Part shown: piece by piece, positions 54,601 to 58,876 of the stretch
How positions within the stretch are numbered: position 1 is the first letter of the stretch
Layout: each line of letters starts with the position of its first letter
IMG/VR virus record: IMGVR_UViG_3300017706_000666
Location: 1 to 58,876 of that record
From: a virus
Lineage: Duplodnaviria > Caudoviricetes
Reading direction: 5' to 3' (one strand)
Length of the DNA stretch: 58,876 bases
The notes under the pieces: generated by a model
The model's input: the letters and a program-made list of their open reading frames with translations, nothing else
Databases searched by the model: none
Told to the model about the DNA's origin: nothing
Program-made: the position numbers and the translations under genes

Positions 54601-57600
54601 TTAGCAAGAACTAGCGCACCAATTTGAATCAGCTCGCTAGCCTCAGTAACAGGCATTCCATCACGCTTGTCGTAAAACCAGCTGTGCCTATAGGGATTCA
54701 TACCAACCTGAACCCAACCCTCCTGAACACCCTCAGACTTGTGGTCTTTGTGGTACTCTTTAGAGGCCATGATTTCCTCTGCTTTTGCCTTGATGGTTGC
54801 GGGGTTGTGGTTAACCCAGTCGCCAAACATCCTAGCTATCGTGGTTTTGTTTGTCTTGGTTGCAATACTTAGTGACCCGACAGGACTACCTCCGAACGTA
54901 ACGCCTTTGATTACCCCAGTCTGTGAATAGGCTACAGGCTTTCCGCTGTTGTCACCAATTCTTTTTGCAAAAGATGAGGCGGTCTTGTTACCCTCGTGAA
55001 CAGAGGCAACCCAGACGTCGTAAACATTGTATGCAGGAATATCCAATCTCAATCCGACAAAGTACCCGTCTGGCAACTCCTTGTTAAGGTCATAGATACC
55101 TGTTTCTAACTGCTTGCTCTTTAGAGCCGCTCCAATTTCTGACAACGAAGGCATATCAGGAACCACGTCGAAGGGAGTAATAGGCATGACATCTCTCACC
55201 ACTTCGATGTATTGTTCCTGTGTGAGGGTGCCTTCTTTCATAGCTTCAATAGCAGCTACATTTTCAGGAACTCTGTCAAGTCGTTGATTCCTTTCGAGTT
55301 TTAACTCTTCCTTGAGTTTGATGAGCTGTTCTTCTGTTAGGTTGGCTGTGCTCAAGAAGCTCTCTAAACCAGCACCTACTCTTAGGCCCTCGTCAAGTTG
55401 ACCTTGGAACTTCACGTCCTCGTCGTCAGCAACCTGACGCTCCTCAGGCTTGAGTCCAAGTCTTTCACTCGACTGGGTGAGCTGGGATACAGCTTCCGTC
55501 ACGTCCTCACCAGAGGCCATCTTACCTGTGAGGTTTTCGATAGCACGTCCAACGTCTGAAATACCGGGGTTTGGAATTTTGCCTACAAACGGAACGGCAC
55601 TGAGGCCACGGTTGATGAGACCTGAGAACCGTTCAATCAGTCCACGCTTTACTTCAAGACTCAAGTTGCCTGCCGTGATGTCAGCCAAGAGCTCCGTCAA
55701 GAACTCGTCTGCAAAAGCAGTAGACTGCATGAGCTTGAGGATGTCCGTCTCCTTTGTGCCGTCGATACCCAACGCAGTTAGTTGCTCCTGTACCTTCTGG
55801 CTTTGGAGGACCTTGCTCAGGTACTTGCCGAACTTGTTGGCTACACCCTCGCCCTGAAGCGACTTAGCCAACTCTGTAGCCAGACCAACGAGAGCGTCGT
55901 CACCCAGCAAGGTGTCGATACCTAGCTCGTGGTAACCTTCGTGGTAAGCAGTGTTCTCAAGGATGGCGGGAACGAGGAGGTGAATCTTGTATCCACCGTC
56001 CTGTTGCTTGGCAACAAACACACCACGTCCGACCTTACCACCGGGCACAGCGTTAGCCATGGACGCGACGGTCTTATGAATCATGATACCTTTGAAACCC
56101 TTCTTCGTTTTGCTCAGGGCTTTGACGGCAGTAATAGTGTTTCTCAGTCCATCCATGACGGCTTGAGGCGACGAGATTCTACCCAACCCAAGTGGGAGGT
56201 TCAACGCCATCTTGTCCAACAACAGATTGTTGATTCTGTCGAGAACGCTGTCTGCGTTTGCTCCGTCTACAACGACACTGTCCTGCCCTTCAAAGAGACT
56301 ATCAAGACTGTACTCCTCCAGAACTCTGGAGACGTTGTCCATGATTTGGTTTGTGCTAGTACGAGACCCCAAGTCGTGAGTGATGTCGAGGTCTCCCTCT
56401 AGTTTCGCTCGCTGCTTTACCAAACTGTTGACCTCATTGCGAAGTCTTCTGCGCTGGCTCTTGTTTTCGGTACGGTCGTAGTCAATTGCCTTCTTGGTAA
56501 TCTGTGTCTGAACATCAATCAAAGCGGAGTAAGCCTCCGGGTCTGACTGTCTAAGCTGCTCGTAGAAATCCCTACGCTTCTTGCCCTCTGATTCGTCACG
56601 CTGGATAGCACCAACAAGACGAGCCATAACCTCTCGGCGACCAGACACAGTCTCCTGAGAGTCAAGTTCTTTTTTAAGCTGTTGAATTACCAGCTTGGAT
56701 TGGATGGATGGGATTGAGCTCGCTGCTAGGCCAAGCGCACCAATACTACTACCAGCCCCTGCGATACCACCACCCATTACGGCACCTGCATAGAAGCCAT
56801 TCTTGATGGCCTTATCCATTTGGACAACATCAATGTCCTGACCCTTTGCGTTTTGCTCAATGACGTACTGCATACCGCCTGTAACGGCTTCAGTCAATGC
56901 CTCTTCCCCCATAGCTAAGGGGGTGTTCATGAGCGCACCATAGATGAAGTCAGCAGCACCCTTTGAGTTTGCTCTTAGAGCCTTAAATCGGTCAAAGATT
57001 TTAGCCCCAACGAATGCGGGTGCGCCTTCAGCAACGCCGTAGCCGAGGATAAATCCACCCTGCTGGACCACGTTCATCTTATCAAACCATTCCTCGTCAC
57101 GGGCGATGTCATACGCAGTAAGCGAGCCCATCCCAGACACCACACCAGCCGTCAACTTGCTGTTACCCGTCAGGCGCTGCGTAACAATAGCAGCAGCCAT
57201 CATTGGTACACTGTGACCGAAGTCAGCAACAACGTCCGACATACCCCCTGACCAGTCGCCGTTCTCGAACTTACTGGCTGGGTCTGTCTGAGGCACAGCT
57301 CTGTATCTCTCGATGGACTGCTCAAGATTCTTTGCAGCCATACGATGCATGTTAGTGACAGTCCTGCCATAGGCCCACTCTCCAAACACCGCCTCTACCG
57401 CATTTACACCAAGGTCCATGCTAGCAGACTGCAATGTGCCCACCAGTTTTACAACCTCTGAACCTAGACCACGAAAGAAATCAGCACTAACATTACGACC
57501 TTCGGATGTATCACCGATGTAGCCTGTGTTATTGAGGTCAGCCATGATGTCGTACTCCTCAAGGAGGTGACGCTCAAGATTCTTAACCTTCTCCTCGTCA

Positions 57601-58532
57601 GACAAGAACTCTGCATCAAGAGTTCCCTTGACGGCGTCGTTCGTACTGTCGTTAACCTCTGTCATTAGACGCGCCTTGGCAGCAGCCAGTCGTCTTTGAT
57701 AGTACTGCTCCTTCGCCGACTCCTTAAAGGTTTGATTCTTTTCTTGAATCTGTTCCTCACTAAGGCCAGCCAGTGACTCTGCACCCTCAAGTATCTCTTG
57801 ACCAAACGCAGTGTAGACGGGGTTTCCTGTAGCACCCATGGCAGCAAAGCCTCTACCTCGACCGTCTTGAGAGACGTTGTCTGCAATTGCATCTGGCCTT
57901 CCCATTTGGAGGTCACTGGCAAACGCATTGTCAGAGCCCTTCAAGAGTTCCTCTAAAACCGCGTCGTCGTTGTACGGATTACGTTGGTTGCCCTCTTCGT
58001 CTTCTCCAGTACGAGACTTGATAGAAGCCATGAGAGACGCATTCATCATGCGTTGCTCCTCCGAGCTGGCGTTTCTCCACCGTTGTGCCGCAGCAGGTCT
58101 ACCAGTTGCTTCGTAGTACCTGTCGGCATTGAAATTGATGTCGAAGTAGTTCTCTAACGAACTCTGGTACGCACCCGTGTAAGCAGTAATTGCATTTGCG
58201 TCCTCCTTTGTAATCTCCTTGCCGTCGTAGAGGTAGGAGGTAAGTATCTCACCTTGGTTACGCTCGTTGTATCTGTCGATACTCTCCTGAGAGTACGGGT
58301 CAACTATGTCTATGCTCGGAACTGTACCCGAACCTCCAGACGCTTCTGTCGAAGAGACACCGATATTCGAGGTAGATTCCGTAGAAACCTCTTGAACCAA
58401 AGGAGAATCCGAGACGGAAGTCTTTTCTTTTTTTTTTTGACCGTAGTAATCGTTTATGATTTTACGGACCTCTGCTCTGCTTGCACCTCCTTGGATTGCC
58501 GCATCAACAAGTGCTTTCAGTTCTGGCTCCAT
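48627..58532 (-). CDS. Giant (3301 aa) internal virion / polyvalent protein: hydrophobic N-region, zincin HEGYH domain, two KFQ-bounded cassettes (one HhH-glycosylase-like), helical C-region
   Basis: HEGYH at 55929-55943 with downstream DEFLTE; KFQ at 55404-55412, 54519-54527 and 52905-52913; WY..AALSPQ..W..N, KIRHFFNNI, TIDTHA, MQSITW. Confidence 0.8.
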   Translation of the reverse strand: MEPELKALVDAAIQGGASRAEVRKIINDYYGQKKKEKTSVSDSPLVQEVSTESTSNIGVSSTEASGGSGTVPSIDIVDPYSQESIDRYNERNQGEILTSYLYDGKEITKEDANAITAYTGAYQSSLENYFDINFNADRYYEATGRPAAAQRWRNASSEEQRMMNASLMASIKSRTGEDEEGNQRNPYNDDAVLEELLKGSDNAFASDLQMGRPDAIADNVSQDGRGRGFAAMGATGNPVYTAFGQEILEGAESLAGLSEEQIQEKNQTFKESAKEQYYQRRLAAAKARLMTEVNDSTNDAVKGTLDAEFLSDEEKVKNLERHLLEEYDIMADLNNTGYIGDTSEGRNVSADFFRGLGSEVVKLVGTLQSASMDLGVNAVEAVFGEWAYGRTVTNMHRMAAKNLEQSIERYRAVPQTDPASKFENGDWSGGMSDVVADFGHSVPMMAAAIVTQRLTGNSKLTAGVVSGMGSLTAYDIARDEEWFDKMNVVQQGGFILGYGVAEGAPAFVGAKIFDRFKALRANSKGAADFIYGALMNTPLAMGEEALTEAVTGGMQYVIEQNAKGQDIDVVQMDKAIKNGFYAGAVMGGGIAGAGSSIGALGLAASSIPSIQSKLVIQQLKKELDSQETVSGRREVMARLVGAIQRDESEGKKRRDFYEQLRQSDPEAYSALIDVQTQITKKAIDYDRTENKSQRRRLRNEVNSLVKQRAKLEGDLDITHDLGSRTSTNQIMDNVSRVLEEYSLDSLFEGQDSVVVDGANADSVLDRINNLLLDKMALNLPLGLGRISSPQAVMDGLRNTITAVKALSKTKKGFKGIMIHKTVASMANAVPGGKVGRGVFVAKQQDGGYKIHLLVPAILENTAYHEGYHELGIDTLLGDDALVGLATELAKSLQGEGVANKFGKYLSKVLQSQKVQEQLTALGIDGTKETDILKLMQSTAFADEFLTELLADITAGNLSLEVKRGLIERFSGLINRGLSAVPFVGKIPNPGISDVGRAIENLTGKMASGEDVTEAVSQLTQSSERLGLKPEERQVADDEDVKFQGQLDEGLRVGAGLESFLSTANLTEEQLIKLKEELKLERNQRLDRVPENVAAIEAMKEGTLTQEQYIEVVRDVMPITPFDVVPDMPSLSEIGAALKSKQLETGIYDLNKELPDGYFVGLRLDIPAYNVYDVWVASVHEGNKTASSFAKRIGDNSGKPVAYSQTGVIKGVTFGGSPVGSLSIATKTNKTTIARMFGDWVNHNPATIKAKAEEIMASKEYHKDHKSEGVQEGWVQVGMNPYRHSWFYDKRDGMPVTEASELIQIGALVLAKDTKKVLPSDPMFDTGKTTPEGVPIKFQDALAEPSPENDPKFGPKLMGEFARSIKKQTIKGTRIGQGYGTAKSSKLDDSYILSLAHVKENEPKIYVKNALFLSQLDIVAGVRKFRKSVFEGKNAMKYADEVYDIFIEEAKNNLLFLHDAFEADLREVATLWYDGANIIAQQLAEEYDIDPIQVAAAIAALSPQKDWYQNVRLGEVVIEAVVNNGNKPVTQEMVDFFMNEGGAKVAWARELSKYVGTSIVELPPGNVRAMAVWAFVDLNMSRSYDIITPSGERGGKKTNAQGKESRAAWSSLTMIDKAVSALLTEDVAEISRVLGEQHKIRHFFNNIHNPGFGSDTTIDTHAVGAALLKPMSSSSGEVGANFGATGGTFIDKNGVVYGGKEVANLAKAAGIKVKGVADWKPWALKKGFAELKVSNSSVHAISGNYYAYLEAYRIAADERGLLPREMQSITWEAVRLLYTAGFKNSEANKSRIQSLHTKYRNAEITREQLRQGLLKEAGGIGTPDWAPAIRDAVSKIGREQPESRDVDRSGGASGREGTRGGGTSRSAGDVSGEVKFQGDLTRQIADFLDKEYSNPTIKRDKRRKIPVRLEASIGQMATMAYAKPEILKLLQDMGMTKEAALAAYRRAYEFKRGRLIGKKEVNKKVRKLSTEAKNLRADLEQLRDKSSNYREFLKQAIEIVKERMKDNAKTPFSSAQVQQLFKIAREAHRVSGKRLKEEGFEVMQTFIDKLSAVFDARDTKKAMQEYLDQVNRVRGLQKRLARAAKPRKAGEALKSTATYNKYAESLSKINPALLDADDISNFEQTVLATLSSMKAPQIKKGEDGKEAVSFPKLPAEDLAVLVAQFQSKETLGRNAVLAARAERLALKNKTSVDEEYNKLKEKYERSKLSQNRKNILRYIDEWNKNNANDQLDSSNPAHLERVLEALYDEKVNKNEAAAELIVDDVMLPRIAANLDTLLEEPMIADILGIADPSKLNFADLRNRLLKLNRRQLAHLDYKLDDFIVNGSVFGLGYVHSLVRGSIDYASDLADLKRGGLKARPRVYMGFLDTVDSYIRNAFPTTDITLARLRRSLGFGSIEGAFGRADFRHSMLMERLEAKVLELERRSKKKITGVREKAIMQIFSMSRQVPEIDNETQAGQNAAEWFVNLKGVMQRTIEYHNQQKVAAGGAFSKEEIAQMESAYDFLFAGTNSLEELQAKVRSTNPELVQMVDFLVDMHVGLMPQFSNYVERYLGKELVMEENYTPFDVRIQTKNESTNETMRMYEGFHKALQESSLSQTKKAAGSSFERNPRSLSGDKAIIGLDFLKVNESTLRENITLMETVGSTLAHRFVMNSQEANDLIPNTTVKQTLERKIAKYVHQDTGKVPAMFQKDFVLFGKRFENPGYVVRLATITRAFGGFLIQTAKQSPVILNTFFQAKNPLKTFPYVLQTVAEMVYHSGKGLFMADSKIALDNNGRYRLLQNSPVFSRDYEAGNIDPFTGSMDFDATQFQKMTDYLNKLALKNLKGTDKVVAIASWFGFYADSLIEQGVVDSVSDIDWEEQAVRPNKEALSYADSLVTKDQAASTPRQAADLYAGGTEFAPQLAYLLQNFLLPFSRFAVNKKRSIVSDAKKVLYGNARAKGEGGKALVGSVAELATFHAVGKILLPAVVSAIFGDDEDQLTEEDKTKAWWDVGTSTLVDMLPQLPLAAIDNSMRFAVNKFLIFPMLEEDNFGIGDETYDERYERWASVKGGVPIYGTRTEPGDPMTMLSYIGPYGQFLSESHNTMINVISLASGSNKVITSTGREYFVRPEDKANMAMYYYLRLAMTGGNLIGFGNKEAEQFIKTLDNVGRARALGGEEDLAAYEVVAQALADGDSQFFEAVKSIDEKGGRARFLKLMEDAGADPLKAEQVANAFSKGFNQPIAETAMRKRFPDTYKKHIAELREIQKRVKNSRDYYVLMRAKAKTMSPQDYKELEDMSRVYFGMLEPAKIETDIYLEALEE

Positions 58533-58538
58533 GCTTTA

Positions 58539-58876
58539 TTAGTTTTCAGATGGCAAGTTTTCGGGTACCACAAAGATAAGCCTCCCTTCACTTATCGCGG
58601 GGAACATTCCGTCCCTAGTAAAGCGAGCAACTTGAACCTCCATTTCGGCTTGAGCCTCTTCATCAAGGCCATCATAGTAATCCTGAACAGCATCCAACAT
58701 GCTTTCGTTTATCTCGCCAAGTTCATCCATTCGGTTGAAGAATGTGTTGTACGCATCAGCTGTTTCCTCAGTAGCCGGAGGCGTTGTAGCTGGCTCTGAA
58801 GGTTCGGGTACATCGATGTCGCCCAAGTCAGGCGGAGCTGCTGTAGTGTCCGTTGCTGCTGGGGTAGGCGGAGGAG
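58539..58876 (-). CDS. 3' end of the junction-spanning 718-aa protein
   Basis: In frame with 1-1942 across the repeat. Confidence 0.85.
   Translation of the reverse strand, partial: PPPTPAATDTTAAPPDLGDIDVPEPSEPATTPPATEETADAYNTFFNRMDELGEINESMLDAVQDYYDGLDEEAQAEMEVQVARFTRDGMFPAISEGRLIFVVPENLPSEN
58754..58876. repeat. Terminal direct repeat copy of 1-123
   Basis: Exact identity. Confidence 0.95.

Noticed and set aside
48627-58532. crAss-type virion RNA polymerase
   Set aside because: No DxDxD catalytic motif in a plausible context was seen; needs a structure search to exclude fully
58754-58876. 123-bp end repeat as a biological terminal repeat
   Set aside because: It lies mid-gene in a late ORF and is best explained as assembler overlap of a circular contig
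1-58876. Stop-codon reassignment, integrase/att site, introns/inteins, diversity-generating retroelement
   Set aside because: The standard code gives dense full-length genes; no recombinase, reverse transcriptase or interrupted core gene was recognised

Overview
The window is an apparently complete, circularly assembled dsDNA tailed-phage genome. Bases 1-123 are identical to 58754-58876, giving a unit length of about 58,753 bp. The morphogenesis module is crAss-like/podoviral and the host is very likely a Bacteroidota (Flavobacteriales-type) bacterium: there are many TAnnTTTG promoters, a T9SS type-B C-terminal domain, a BT4734-type primase and a DUF5675 lysin. Late genes lie on the minus strand (33.4 kb to 1, continuing 58.8 to 47.6 kb): GroES-like protein, terminase subunits, portal, fibres, scaffold, major capsid, tail rings, a 1737-aa tail protein, three internal proteins (295, 718 across the junction, 3301 aa), lysin and holin. 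Early and replication genes lie on the plus strand (33.8-47.5 kb): ArdC, small unknown ORFs, a Rad52/Sak-like annealase plus exonuclease, SSB, tRNA-Arg(UCU), primase-helicase, nucleases and three DnaA-domain-IV-like HTH proteins. I could not recognise a DNA polymerase, integrase, sigma factor or virion RNA polymerase. The most notable observations are: a phage-encoded T9SS cargo with a stalk dense in O-glycosylation sequons; a giant polyvalent virion protein with a zincin domain followed by cassettes bounded by repeated KFQ motifs; nine repeated ECF-like CACAAT-N16/17-CGTT promoters, several with upstream TT(A/C)ACA boxes; near-leaderless late promoters; candidate structured ncRNAs; a 44-aa peptide resembling a ribonucleotide reductase C-terminal tail; and apparent GATC avoidance. 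All family assignments come from recognising motifs by eye, not from database searches.
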